Source of the DNA: Candidatus Spyradocola sp.
GTDB lineage: Bacteria > Bacillota > Clostridia > Christensenellales > UBA1750
Length of the DNA stretch: 64,000 bases
Assembly (NCBI GenBank): GCA_050942925.1
Contig: JBMNOF010000001.1
Span: 2,823 to 66,822, forward strand
Direction of reading: 5' to 3'
Shown: positions 1-10,131 of the stretch, one piece after another
Numbering within the stretch: the stretch's first letter is position 1
Layout: each line of letters opens with the position of its first letter
Position numbers and translations under genes: made by a program
The notes under the pieces: generated by a model
Database searches by the model: none
The model's input: the letters and a program-made list of their open reading frames with translations, nothing else
What the model was told of the DNA's origin: nothing

Positions 1-71
1 AAGGAGATGGTCAGTTTTTTCTCCAAAAGCTGCGCGACGACTTCGCGCGCATAACCTTCCAGTGCAGTCAT
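1..71 (-). CDS. cinA: CinA/PncC-family protein, N-terminal fragment (runs off the window)
   Basis: ATG at 71 reads MTALEGYAREVVAQLLEKKLTIS..., like the start of the CinA C-terminal/PncC domain; canonical position after pgsA. Confidence 0.55.
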   Translation of the reverse strand, partial: MTALEGYAREVVAQLLEKKLTIS

Positions 72-81
72 AGAGCGGGAT

Positions 82-633
82 TCACTCCTTTTCCCGAAGA
101 ACCTGTCGATTTTTTACGATGTAGTCCACGCCCGACCAGATGGTGAAGACGACGGCCGCGATTTCGGCGACCTTGTCCATGGGCAGGCCGATGAAGCGGA
201 AGGGAAAGTTGTTGAGCAGGAGCAGGATGATGGCGATGATCTGCGTTGTGGTCTTGATCTTGCCCAAGCTGCTCGCGGCGATGACCACGTGGTTGTCGGC
301 GGCGATGAGGCGGAAGCCGCTGATGATGAATTCGCGCGAGAGGATGATGATGCAGCTGACGGCGCTCATGCGGCCGTCGCCGACGAGAAGGATGAAGGCG
401 GAGGCGACCAAGAGCTTGTCCGCGATGGGGTCGATGAACTTGCCAAAGTTCGTGACCTCGTTGCGGCTGCGCGCCAGGTACCCGTCCACCCAGTCCGTCA
501 CGGCCGCCACGACAAAGATGACCGTGGGGATCACGCGCACGCCCGGACCGCTGAAGAAGTAGTAGCTGAGGATGAACAGGGGGATCAGGCAGATACGCAG
601 GATCGTCACCTTGCTGGCGATGGTGAGCTTCAT
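82..633 (-). CDS. pgsA: CDP-diacylglycerol--glycerol-3-phosphate 3-phosphatidyltransferase
   Basis: CDP-alcohol phosphotransferase motif DWVDGYLAR...GKFIDPIADK; hydrophobic; follows rimO. Confidence 0.95.
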   Translation of the reverse strand: MKLTIASKVTILRICLIPLFILSYYFFSGPGVRVIPTVIFVVAAVTDWVDGYLARSRNEVTNFGKFIDPIADKLLVASAFILLVGDGRMSAVSCIIILSREFIISGFRLIAADNHVVIAASSLGKIKTTTQIIAIILLLLNNFPFRFIGLPMDKVAEIAAVVFTIWSGVDYIVKNRQVLREKE

Positions 634-1940
634 TCCAGCACCCCCGTTATGTCATAGTCCTGCGCGTCGGTGATGCGGACGCGAACGAAGCTGCCCTCCT
701 CCAAATTGTCGGCGAGTTTGATGTAGACCTTGCCATCGGTTTCCGGCGCCTCCCAGGCGGAGCGTCCAAAGTAGAGCCCGTTCTCCTCCCGGCCCTCGAC
801 GAGCACCTCGCAGACGCTGCCCACGCGGCTCTCGTTAAAGGCGCGGGAGATCTTCTTCTGCACGCGCATGATCTTGCCCTCGCGCGCCTTGCGCACGCGC
901 ATGGGCACCTGGTCCTTTCTCGCGGCGGCCGGGGTGCCCTCCTCCTCCGAGAAGGCGAACACGCCCAAGCGGTCAAACGGGCACTCCTGCACGAACTTAA
1001 GCAGCTCCTCGAACTCCTCCTCCGTCTCCCCGGGGAAGCCGGTGATCAGCGTCGTGCGCAGCGCAAACCCGCCCATGTCGCGAATCTTGTGGTACAGGCT
1101 GCGGATGAGCGCGCTGTCCCCGCGGCGGTTCATCTCCTTGAGGACCTTGTCGTTGATGTGCTGCAGCGGAATGTCCAGGTAGGAGCAGACCTTGGGGTTC
1201 TCCTTCATGACGGTGAGCAGCTCGTCGTCGATGAGCTCGGGGTAGCAGTACAGCGCGCGCACCCAGTGCACGCCCTCGATGGCGGCAACGCGGCGCAGGA
1301 GCTCGGCCAGCATGGGCTTGTGGTAGAGGTCCTTGCCATAATAGGTGGTGTCCTGCGCGACCAGAACGATCTCGCGCACGCCTTTTGCCGCAAGGTCGCG
1401 CACCTCGCGCTCGATGTTCTCCATCGTGCGGGAGACGTAATTGCCGCGGATGTAGGGAATGGCGCAGAAGGCGCAGCGGTTGTTGCACCCGTCCGCGATC
1501 TTGACATAGGCGGTATAGCCGGGCGTCGTGAGCACGCGGTCCACGTTTTCCAGGTAGCAGAAGCCCGCGTCCGCGTCCACGATGCGCGCGCCCCCCGCGC
1601 AGTCGCGCACGACCTGGGCAATCTTCTCCGTTTCGCCGATGCCCAGGAACGCATCCACCTCCGGAAGCTCCGGCGGGAGCTCCTTCGCATAGCGCTTGGA
1701 GAGGCACCCCGTGACGATGAGGGCCTTGCAGTTTTTCTTTTTGTACTCCGCCATCTCCAGGATCGTGTCGATGGACTCCTGCTTGGCGGCCTCGATGAAG
1801 CCGCACGTGTTGACGATGATGGCATCCGCCTTTTCCGGGTCCGACTCCAGCTCAAACCCTTCGCGCACCAGCACGCCCAGCATCAGTTCCGCGTCCACAC
1901 GGTTTTTCGCACAGCCCAGGGAGACCATTCCGATTTTCAT
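630..1940 (-). CDS. rimO: Ribosomal protein S12 methylthiotransferase RimO
   Basis: MKIGMVSLGCAKN, NTCGFIE, radical SAM CNNRCAFC, C-terminal TRAM (APETDG); start trimmed to ATG at 1940. Confidence 0.93.
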   Translation of the reverse strand: MKIGMVSLGCAKNRVDAELMLGVLVREGFELESDPEKADAIIVNTCGFIEAAKQESIDTILEMAEYKKKNCKALIVTGCLSKRYAKELPPELPEVDAFLGIGETEKIAQVVRDCAGGARIVDADAGFCYLENVDRVLTTPGYTAYVKIADGCNNRCAFCAIPYIRGNYVSRTMENIEREVRDLAAKGVREIVLVAQDTTYYGKDLYHKPMLAELLRRVAAIEGVHWVRALYCYPELIDDELLTVMKENPKVCSYLDIPLQHINDKVLKEMNRRGDSALIRSLYHKIRDMGGFALRTTLITGFPGETEEEFEELLKFVQECPFDRLGVFAFSEEEGTPAAARKDQVPMRVRKAREGKIMRVQKKISRAFNESRVGSVCEVLVEGREENGLYFGRSAWEAPETDGKVYIKLADNLEEGSFVRVRITDAQDYDITGVLE

Positions 1941-1947
1941 AGCCACT

Positions 1948-4770
1948 CTACTCCTCGTCGTCGTGATAGGCCGGCGCGTCGGGTTCGATTCCGGCCAGTT
2001 GATAGAACTGCTCGCGCGTGATCCGCGTCTGCCGGGGCTTAGATCCCTCGAATCCGGAGATATAGCCCCGCTTTTCCATTTGATCCAGGATGCGGCCTGC
2101 GCGGGCATACCCGACGCGGTGCTTTCTTTGGATCATGGAGGCGGAAATCTGCCCCGCGTCCACGGCCAGCTCCACGCAGTCCATGAGCAAGGGGTCCGTG
2201 TCCTCCTCCTCTTTCTCCTCGTCCTTCTGCTTTTTGTCGGCGGCGTCCGCGCGGTCCAGCGCCTCGATGACGCTCTCGTCGTAGCGGACGGCGGCCTTAT
2301 CCTTGACAAAGTCCACAAGGTCGGTGACCTCGTCGTCGCTGATGAAGGCGCCCTGCACGCGGATGGCCTTGCTCGCGCCGCTCGGGTCAAAGAGCATGTC
2401 GCCGCGGCCCAGGAGCTTTTCCGCCCCGCCGATTCCCAGGATCGTGCGGCTATCCACCTGCGAGGCCACGGCAAAGGCGATGCGCGAGGGGACGTTGGCC
2501 TTGATGAGGCCCGTGATGACGTCCACCGACGGGCGCTGCGTCGCGATGACCAGGTGAATGCCCGCCGCGCGCGCCAACTGCGTCAAGCGGCAGATCTTCT
2601 GCTCCACGTCGCCCTGCGCCACCATCATCAGGTCCGCCAGCTCGTCGATGATGACCACGATCTGCGGCAGGGGCTCGATGCCGTTCTTGACGGCGTACTT
2701 GTTGTAGCCCTTGAGGTCGCGCACGACGGCGCCCTCGAACTTTTTGTAGCGGTCGGTCATTTCCTGCACGGCCCAGCCCAGGGCGCCGGCCGCCTTCTTG
2801 GGGTCGGAGACCACGGGGATGAGCAGGTGCGGGATCCCGTTGTAGACGCTGAGCTCCACGACCTTGGGGTCGATGAGGATGAGGCGAACCTCGTCCGGCG
2901 TGGCCTTGTAGAGGATGGAGGCGATAATGGAGTTGATGCACACGGACTTGCCCGAACCCGTCGCGCCCGCGATGAGCAGATGCGGCATGCGCGCAAGGTC
3001 CGCCACGACCGGCGTGCCGGCGATGTCCTTGCCCAGGGCCACGGCGATCTTGGAGGGATGCTCCTGGAACTCCTTGCTCTCCAGCACCTCGCGCAGGGGC
3101 ACGGTTGCGATGGTGGCGTTGGCGATCTCGATGCCCACGGCCGACTTGCCCGGCACGGGCGCCTCGATGCGCACGCCGCCCATGGCCGCCATGTTCAGCG
3201 CAATGTCGTCGGCAAGGCCCGTGATCTTGGAGACCTTGACGCCGCGGGCCGGCTGCAGCTCGTATCTCGTGATGGCGGGGCCGCGGGCCACGTTGACGAC
3301 CCGGGCCTCAATGCCAAAGGACAGCAGCGTCTCCTCCAGCAGTTCGATCTTCTTCTGCTGCTCCTCCTCCTGCTCGTGGTCGCGCACGGGATCGGGCGTC
3401 TTGGCGGGCGTGAGCAGGGTCAGGGGCGGGAAGCGGTACGGCGGCACCGCCTTGGGGTCGATGACGGGCGTACTCTCCTCCGCGTACTGGTACTCAACCT
3501 CCTTGGCGGGAGAGATCTCCCGCGGCTTTCCCAGCACGAGGTTGGGCAATTCGTGCGGAGGCTCGATGATGGCGTCGTCCTCCGGATCGTCGTCAAAGTC
3601 GCTGACCGAGGGATTGTGCACAATGGGGTCAAAGCGCACGCCCGCCGCGCTGTCCGCGGGCCGGGCTTCCGGCTTCGGTGGCTCCGGCGTCTCCGGCCCG
3701 TCAACCGCCGGGTCGGGCTCCGCGTCCTCCACGCGCACGGGCTGGATCACGGGCACAATCTCCACGGGGACGATCTCCTCCTCGTCCGAGACCGGCGCCT
3801 CGCCTGCGCTCGGGTCGTCGTGATCGATCTCGATGGCGCCGTCGTCCTCCGGCTCCGACTTTTTGCGGGAGAAGAGTTCAAACCGCGGCAGGGTCTTGCG
3901 CGGCGCGTCGTAGATTTCGCCCTCCTCGACCTCCGGCTCCTCCCGGGTCAAGGGCGTCATGCGCGGCTCCGGTTCGTCGCGCCGGGCCGGGCCCGTCACG
4001 CGCTCATTGCGCAGCTCCGGCCGCTCGTGCTCCGGCGCGGCAGCGGGCTGCGGCGCATCCAGGTCCATGCGCATCTGCTCGGCGCGGCGCATCTCCTGCC
4101 GGAGAGCGCGCTCCTGGCTATGGGTTCGGGCGGTCTCGCGCACGCGGCGGCCGGCGCCAACAGCGGCCTCGCTCACCTTCTGCGCGGTGGAGCGCATGGA
4201 GAGCTTGCCCAGCACAAACACGCAGCCGACGATCAGGGCGATGGTGAGAATCCAGCACCCGACCGTCCCCAACAGCGCGCGCATGGGGAAGGTCAGCACG
4301 CCGCCCAGCGCGCCGGAGCCGACGTGGTGGGCCTGACCATAGGCATAGGAACCCACGACATAGCTCCAGTACCCGACGCTCTCCTTCGTTTCGAGCACGG
4401 ACTTCTGGATGCTACCATCCACGATCAAGTGGTTGATGACAAAGAGCATGAGCACCGTGGCGCTCGTCAGGGCGAGCTTTCCGGGGTGCAGGCGCAGGCG
4501 CTTTGCGATGAGCACAACCCAACCAATGCACACGAGCAGTAGGGGCACGATATAGGCGCCCAGGCCAAACAGGCCGAACATCACGCCTGCGACCCCCTCA
4601 CCCAACAGCCCTGCGCCGCCCATCACCACGGCCACAAAGGAAAATATGCCCGCCACCATGAGCGCAAACCCCACGATTTCCTGCGTCGCGCCGGGTGTCT
4701 GCGCCTTCTTTTTCGCACTTGTGCCGCCCTTGCGGCTGCTGGTGCGCGCATTCTTTTTTGCCGTCGCCAT
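1948..4770 (-). CDS. ftsK: DNA translocase FtsK/SpoIIIE
   Basis: N-terminal TM segments, acidic/Pro linker, [14 protein letters not shown] Walker [10 protein letters not shown], gamma domain ([18 protein letters not shown]). Confidence 0.95.
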   Translation of the reverse strand: MATAKKNARTSSRKGGTSAKKKAQTPGATQEIVGFALMVAGIFSFVAVVMGGAGLLGEGVAGVMFGLFGLGAYIVPLLLVCIGWVVLIAKRLRLHPGKLALTSATVLMLFVINHLIVDGSIQKSVLETKESVGYWSYVVGSYAYGQAHHVGSGALGGVLTFPMRALLGTVGCWILTIALIVGCVFVLGKLSMRSTAQKVSEAAVGAGRRVRETARTHSQERALRQEMRRAEQMRMDLDAPQPAAAPEHERPELRNERVTGPARRDEPEPRMTPLTREEPEVEEGEIYDAPRKTLPRFELFSRKKSEPEDDGAIEIDHDDPSAGEAPVSDEEEIVPVEIVPVIQPVRVEDAEPDPAVDGPETPEPPKPEARPADSAAGVRFDPIVHNPSVSDFDDDPEDDAIIEPPHELPNLVLGKPREISPAKEVEYQYAEESTPVIDPKAVPPYRFPPLTLLTPAKTPDPVRDHEQEEEQQKKIELLEETLLSFGIEARVVNVARGPAITRYELQPARGVKVSKITGLADDIALNMAAMGGVRIEAPVPGKSAVGIEIANATIATVPLREVLESKEFQEHPSKIAVALGKDIAGTPVVADLARMPHLLIAGATGSGKSVCINSIIASILYKATPDEVRLILIDPKVVELSVYNGIPHLLIPVVSDPKKAAGALGWAVQEMTDRYKKFEGAVVRDLKGYNKYAVKNGIEPLPQIVVIIDELADLMMVAQGDVEQKICRLTQLARAAGIHLVIATQRPSVDVITGLIKANVPSRIAFAVASQVDSRTILGIGGAEKLLGRGDMLFDPSGASKAIRVQGAFISDDEVTDLVDFVKDKAAVRYDESVIEALDRADAADKKQKDEEKEEEDTDPLLMDCVELAVDAGQISASMIQRKHRVGYARAGRILDQMEKRGYISGFEGSKPRQTRITREQFYQLAGIEPDAPAYHDDEE

Positions 4771-4865
4771 TGCTCTCCCACACTCCTTCCCGCGCGGTCT
4801 TTTCTCCACGAACAGTCAACCTATATCTTTTCGACGTTGCACGAAAAAAATCCTTTTGTTCCCCT

Positions 4866-5414
4866 CTACACGCCGCCGAAATCGAGGAAATCGTCCCCTT
4901 CCGTCTCCACGGGCGTCAGCTTTGGCAATTCGTCCAGCGAGGAGAGGGCAAAGTGCTGCAAAAACTTCTCCGTCGTCCCGTAGAGGATGGGGCGGCCGAC
5001 CGTGTCCTTGCGGCCGCACTCCTCGATCAAGCCCCAATGCACGAGAGTCGCCATGGCGCGGTCGCACTGCACGCCGCGGATCTGTTCGACCTCCATGCGC
5101 GTGATGGGTTGGCGGTAGGCCACGACCGCCAGCGTTTCCAAGGCGGCCTGGGTGAGCGTCTGCTTGCGCACAGGCTGTAGCACTTTTTCGAGGATTTCCC
5201 GATACTGCGGGCGCGTGCAGAGCTGCAGGCTGTCCTCATAGCGCATCAGGCGCACGCCGCGCCCCTCGCCGTAGCGCAGCGCCAGGCCCCGCAGCACCGG
5301 CTCAAACTCCTCCGGCGGGATCTCCAGCGCCTCCAAGAGCGCGTCGATGCGAACCGGCTCGCCCGAGGCAAAGAGCACGGCCTCCGCCGCGGAAATCTGC
5401 TCCTCCAGCGTCAC
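4866..5414 (-). CDS. scpB: SMC-Scp complex subunit ScpB
   Basis: EAVLFASGEP, LTQAALETLAVVAYRQPITR..IRGV, GRPILYGTT; GTG start with GGAGG RBS overlapping the scpA stop. Confidence 0.93.
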   Translation of the reverse strand: MTLEEQISAAEAVLFASGEPVRIDALLEALEIPPEEFEPVLRGLALRYGEGRGVRLMRYEDSLQLCTRPQYREILEKVLQPVRKQTLTQAALETLAVVAYRQPITRMEVEQIRGVQCDRAMATLVHWGLIEECGRKDTVGRPILYGTTEKFLQHFALSSLDELPKLTPVETEGDDFLDFGGV

Positions 5415-6136
5415 GTCTCCTCCCCCTTTCCCTCTGCAATCACGATGGGCGCGTAGATGTCCTCCTGGCGAAGGGTCACGCGGTTGGCCTTGAGCAGCTC
5501 CAGCAGCGCCAGGAACGTCGTCACGATCTCCGCCCGCGTCGCGTCCGCCGGAAAGAGCTCGGCGAACTCCACCTGCCCATAGACGAGCACGCGGTGCAAA
5601 ACGCGCAGCATGCACTCCCCAATGGTAAAGTCGTCCCGGGGAATCTGCCGGGGTGGCGGCGGGGCGACCTCGTTTCGCTCCGCGCGCAGGAGCACGCGCA
5701 AAAGCGCCTCCTGCAGGGCGCGCAGCGAGAGGCTCCGCAACTCCACCCGGGCGTCCGTCACGATCTCCATGGGCAAGCGCGAGACCATTTCTGCGGCCTC
5801 TGCCTCATAGATGCGCAGGGCTTTGCTGGCCTCCTTGATCTGGCGGTACTCCTCCAGGCGGCGGAGCAGCTCCTCCTTGGGGTCCTCCTCGTCCTCGTCC
5901 TTGGGGGGCTTGGGCAGGAGCGCGCGGGACTTGATCTCCATCAGCGTCGCCGCCATTTGCAGGAATTCGCTCGCCGCGTCCATGTCCAGGCCGCTCAGGT
6001 CCTGCACGGAGGCCAGGTATTGCTCCGTGATCTCGGAGACAAAGATGTCCTCGATGCGGATCTTCGCGCGGCCGATCAGGTGCAGGAGGAGGTCCAGCGG
6101 GCCCTCAAAGTCCTTGAGCTGCACGACATAGGCCAT
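5411..6136 (-). CDS. scpA: Segregation/condensation protein ScpA
   Basis: FEGPLDLLLHLI, ITEQY, EIKSRALLP, TFLALLEL. Confidence 0.95.
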   Translation of the reverse strand: MAYVVQLKDFEGPLDLLLHLIGRAKIRIEDIFVSEITEQYLASVQDLSGLDMDAASEFLQMAATLMEIKSRALLPKPPKDEDEEDPKEELLRRLEEYRQIKEASKALRIYEAEAAEMVSRLPMEIVTDARVELRSLSLRALQEALLRVLLRAERNEVAPPPPRQIPRDDFTIGECMLRVLHRVLVYGQVEFAELFPADATRAEIVTTFLALLELLKANRVTLRQEDIYAPIVIAEGKGEET

Positions 6137-6151
6137 CGACTCGTCCTCCCG

Positions 6152-6766
6152 TCAGAAAATGCGCGAAAACAGCAGCAGGGCCGCCCCCTGCGCCGCGCCC
6201 AGAATCCGTCCCAGCACCCCGGCAAGGGACAGCAAAATCAAGATCAAGATTCCATAGCGCTGCAGCCACGCGACGGCCCGGTAGGAGCGCAGCGGAATCA
6301 GTGCCCGCACCACGGCAAAGCCGTCCAGCGGCGGCACCGGCAACAGGTTCAGAAAGCAGAGCGTCAGATTCACCGTTGCGCCGGAGTAGAAGAAGCCGCT
6401 CCACATGCCGGTGGGCAGCGCCCTCCAAACGGCAAAGCAGACCGCGGCAAGGAAAAAGTTGGACAGCGGCCCGGCAAGGGCCACCAGCGCCTCGCCCCAC
6501 TTGCGGCCCTTGAGGTTCCCGGGCTGTATGCGCACGGGCTTTGCATAGCCCCATCCCAGCAGCACGAACAGGAGCATGCCGACCCAATCGATGTGCGCGG
6601 AAGGATTGAGCGTCACGCGCCCTTCCAGGCGGGGCGTCGGGTCTCCGAGCCGCACCGCGACAACGGCGTGGCAAAACTCGTGCAGCGTAAAGCCGAGGAC
6701 CAACGCCGGCAGCATATACACCAGTTGGAGCAGCCAGCTCCTCGGGTCCTGAAAGAGTCCCCACAT
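6152..6766 (-). CDS. Site-2 protease family (M50) membrane metalloprotease
   Basis: HEFCH, GDPTP, TLNP..H, AGPLSN, NLLPVPPLDG. Confidence 0.9.
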   Translation of the reverse strand: MWGLFQDPRSWLLQLVYMLPALVLGFTLHEFCHAVVAVRLGDPTPRLEGRVTLNPSAHIDWVGMLLFVLLGWGYAKPVRIQPGNLKGRKWGEALVALAGPLSNFFLAAVCFAVWRALPTGMWSGFFYSGATVNLTLCFLNLLPVPPLDGFAVVRALIPLRSYRAVAWLQRYGILILILLSLAGVLGRILGAAQGAALLLFSRIF

Positions 6767-6807
6767 CGTCCCGTCTCCTCCTTTCGGCGGATTTTTTCAA
6801 CCATATA

Positions 6808-6836
6808 AGTATAGCAAAAAAAGCCTCGCATGGCAA
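6808..6836 (-). promoter_or_regulatory. sigma-A promoter for M50-scpAB-ftsK
   Basis: TTGCCA-17 bp-TATACT with TG extension. Confidence 0.7.
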
Positions 6837-6880
6837 ATCGTGCGCCAGCGCTCGGGGCCGCAGGCGGGCGCAAAATGCTC

Positions 6881-6909
6881 TTGCGCATCCACGCCGGGTT
6901 CGCTATAAT
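6881..6909 (+). promoter_or_regulatory. sigma-A promoter for lipoprotein gene
   Basis: TTGCGC-17 bp-TATAAT. Confidence 0.7.
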
Positions 6910-6914
6910 ACTTC

Positions 6915-6986
6915 TGTTGGGAATTGCGATGGGAGAGCGTTTTATGAACGGTTTTTGAACGCATTTTTGTCCCTATCGCAAGAACA
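6915..6986 (+). ncRNA. Candidate structured 5' leader (motif shared with 49709-49821)
   Basis: Starts GGAATTGCGATGGGAGAGCGTTT; TTGCGATGGGA pairs with TCCCTATCGCAA and GCGTT with AACGC. Confidence 0.4.
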
Positions 6987-7053
6987 TTTTCGCGCTGCAG
7001 GCGTTTTTTAGAGCGCCGGCGCGGTGAAACCTGCCGCAAAGGAGATTTTCCCC

Positions 7054-7500
7054 ATGAAGAAGTTCATTGCCCTTTTCCTCGTCTGCGCGGCGCTCTTTGC
7101 GCTGACGGCCTGCACGGACGGTCCGCTGATCGCCACGGCCACCCCCGAGCCCACGCCCACCCCGACCGCGGAGCCCACGCCCGAGTCCGTCTACCAGGAA
7201 GACGTCTTCCTGCCGCACGATGAGGGTCTCGGCGCGCTGGTTCCGGAGTTCCCGTGCATGCTGGAGGTCCTGGTGGAGACCGGGGACGAATCCCTTTTCG
7301 CCGTCTTTGAGGAATACGACACCACCCTCATTTCGGACTACATCCAGGCGCTGAAGGATGCGGGCTTTACGGTCATTGAGGAGGACAGCGACATGTTCTT
7401 CTCCGCCTCCATGGAGGGAACGGACGGCCTGCTCCGCGTCAACGTGATGTACGAGGGCGGCTATGGCACCCTGCAGATCTACGACGATCGGGAAAAGTAA
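7054..7500 (+). CDS. Hypothetical lipoprotein
   Basis: AAGGAG RBS; MKKFIALFLVCAALFALTAC lipobox; Pro/Thr linker; acidic domain. Confidence 0.8.
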   Translation: MKKFIALFLVCAALFALTACTDGPLIATATPEPTPTPTAEPTPESVYQEDVFLPHDEGLGALVPEFPCMLEVLVETGDESLFAVFEEYDTTLISDYIQALKDAGFTVIEEDSDMFFSASMEGTDGLLRVNVMYEGGYGTLQIYDDREK

Positions 7501-7513
7501 GCCCAGCTTTCTG

Positions 7514-7556
7514 AACGCGCGAAGGCGGACGCAAACTGCGTCCGCCTTCGCGCGTT
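7514..7556. terminator. Bidirectional terminator hairpin
   Basis: Perfect 20-bp stem AACGCGCGAAGGCGGACGCA, 3-nt loop, between convergent stops at 7500 and 7559. Confidence 0.8.
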
Positions 7557-7558
7557 TT

Positions 7559-7714
7559 CTACGTCCGACCCATTTCCTTGCCGTCCTCCAGCAGCAGCAA
7601 CGCCAACAGCAGCAGGAGGACCTCCTCCTGTCCTGCCTCCTCCTCGCCCTTGTTCAGCAGCAGAAGGAGCAGAAGGAGCACTTGCTTCACCTCGCGCACG
7701 GACAACTCTCCCAT
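7559..7714 (-). CDS. Small (51 aa) acidic poly-Leu protein, possibly sporulation-related
   Basis: GGAGG RBS then ATG; [51 protein letters not shown]; ends at the terminator. Confidence 0.6.
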   Translation of the reverse strand: MGELSVREVKQVLLLLLLLLNKGEEEAGQEEVLLLLLALLLLEDGKEMGRT

Positions 7715-7737
7715 TGCAAAACCCTCCCTTTCCAACC

Positions 7738-7765
7738 AATCTACGCAGACGGGGAGGGTTTTGTC
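7738..7765 (-). promoter_or_regulatory. Possible sigma-K-type promoter
   Basis: GACA-16 bp-CGTAGATT versus consensus ACA-N16-CATANNNT (one mismatch). Confidence 0.35.
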
Positions 7766-7773
7766 ACAGGGGG

Positions 7774-8439
<666 letters not shown>

Positions 8440-8461
8440 TCGCCCGCACCCCCTTTGCCCT

Positions 8462-9478
8462 TCAGCTTTCCCGCTGGAGGGGTCCCTCATTCCCGGTTTC
8501 GGGGGCAAACGGCGCCTCCTCGCGCTCCAAGTCGGCAAGATAGGTTTGCAGGATGTCCGAAAGCTCGGCCAGGCTTGCGGCCAGGTTCACGCGGACGCGG
8601 ACCTGTGCGCTGCCGCGCAGGCCCCGCAGATACCAGGCTGCGTGTTTGCGCATCTCGCGCAGGCCGATGTACTCGCCCTTGTGCGCGACCAAGGCCTGCG
8701 CATGGGCGAGCGCGGTCTCGATGCGCTCGCGCGGTGTGGGCGGGAGCGGCGGAAGGCCCTTGCGCGCGCGGGCCCAATCCCGAAAGATCCAGGGATTGCC
8801 CATTGCGCCGCGGCCGACCATGACGGCATAGCAGCCGGTCTGGCGGAGCATCTCCTGCGCGTCCTGCACGCTGTTGATGTCGCCATTGCCGACGACCGGG
8901 ATGGAGAGCTTTGCGCTCAGCGCGGCGATGGCGTCCCAGTGCGCGTGGCCGGCGTACATTTCGCTGCGCGTGCGCGCGTGGAGGGTCACGGCGGTGACGC
9001 CGCAATCCTGTGCCATCCTGCCGGCCTCCAGGTAGTTGACGGAGGATTCGTCCCAGCCCATGCGGATCTTGACCGTCACGGGGAGGGAGGCATGCCGCAC
9101 CACGGCGCGGAGCACCTTTTCCGCGTTCTGGAGGTCCCGGAGCATGGCGCTCCCATCCCCGCCGGAGACGATCTTGGGCGCGGGGCAGCCCATGTTGACG
9201 TCCAACGCAAAAAAGCGGTCCTCACAGAGCCGCTCCGCAGCGCGGCCCATGAAGTCCGCATCCGACCCAAAGATCTGCAGGGCGCAGCGCTCGCCGGGGC
9301 TCGTCTCCCGCAGCTGCACGACCTCCTCGCGCTCCTTGGGCGTCAGGAGATAGCCCTTTGCCGAGACCATCTCCGTGACCGTTGCATCCGCGCCAAAGCG
9401 CGTGCAGATCTCCCGATAGACCTTATCCGTCACGCCCGCCATGGGCGCGAGAATCAGGCTCCCCTTCTCAACCCACAT
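8462..9478 (-). CDS. dusB: tRNA-dihydrouridine synthase DusB
   Basis: LAPMAGVTD, TEMVSAKG, NMGCP, VTVKIRMGW, HARTR, GNGDI, GRGAMGNPW. Confidence 0.92.
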   Translation of the reverse strand: MWVEKGSLILAPMAGVTDKVYREICTRFGADATVTEMVSAKGYLLTPKEREEVVQLRETSPGERCALQIFGSDADFMGRAAERLCEDRFFALDVNMGCPAPKIVSGGDGSAMLRDLQNAEKVLRAVVRHASLPVTVKIRMGWDESSVNYLEAGRMAQDCGVTAVTLHARTRSEMYAGHAHWDAIAALSAKLSIPVVGNGDINSVQDAQEMLRQTGCYAVMVGRGAMGNPWIFRDWARARKGLPPLPPTPRERIETALAHAQALVAHKGEYIGLREMRKHAAWYLRGLRGSAQVRVRVNLAASLAELSDILQTYLADLEREEAPFAPETGNEGPLQRES

Positions 9479-10019
9479 TGGACGCCTCCTGTGACGCCGC
9501 CGGTTCTTCGGACGCGATCTCCGTGACCTCGGTGATGATCCAGCGGTGATCGGCGTCCTTTTTCAGGGTCAGCGCATAGGTTCCACCCTCCCAAGGCGGG
9601 GGCGGAATCTTGTTGGGGTCTGCGAGCTGCTCGGGCGTCTGCTTGCTGATGGGGAGCTCGCCGTCGATGGTCACGCTCTCGGTGACGGTGACGGTGGCGG
9701 TATCCTCCCAGGGCAGCGTGTGCAGGGACTCGACCTCGACCTGGGCGTCGAAGCTGCGGATGGTATAGTCCAGATAGGTCGTGTCCTTGAGCTGTTCGTC
9801 CCCGGCGAGGTAGTCCTCCGAAAAGAACTTGGTCAATTCATCCGCGTCGTTGTAGCCCAGGACCACGCCCACGCGCATCTTCATGCCATCGGTGGCCAGG
9901 ATGGTGATGTTGGCATAGTCCATGGCAAACAGAAACGCGCCCGTCGCGAGTGCGAGCACCACAACCACGATGAGCGCCCACCGAAGCACGCACAGGAGGA
10001 AGCGCAAAAAGTACTCCAT
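9468..10019 (-). CDS. Hypothetical membrane-anchored protein
   Basis: N-terminal TM helix then acidic domain; overlaps the dusB start; start could also be 10031. Confidence 0.7.
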   Translation of the reverse strand: MEYFLRFLLCVLRWALIVVVVLALATGAFLFAMDYANITILATDGMKMRVGVVLGYNDADELTKFFSEDYLAGDEQLKDTTYLDYTIRSFDAQVEVESLHTLPWEDTATVTVTESVTIDGELPISKQTPEQLADPNKIPPPPWEGGTYALTLKKDADHRWIITEVTEIASEEPAASQEASNVG

Positions 10020-10131
10020 AGAAACCCTCAATTCCGTGCAAAATCGTTGATCCTACTCCATTTTACACCAGGATGGCGGGAAAGTAAATCCGGGGAACGC
10101 GCAAAAGCGCGGCCCCGCTCTTTCCACCTTA

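Noticed and set aside
6920-6942. Shared motif read as an ECF promoter (GGAAT...CGTT) or a T-box 5' end
   Set aside because: Spacing is about 3 nt too short for ECF promoters; no AG box, T-box sequence or terminator
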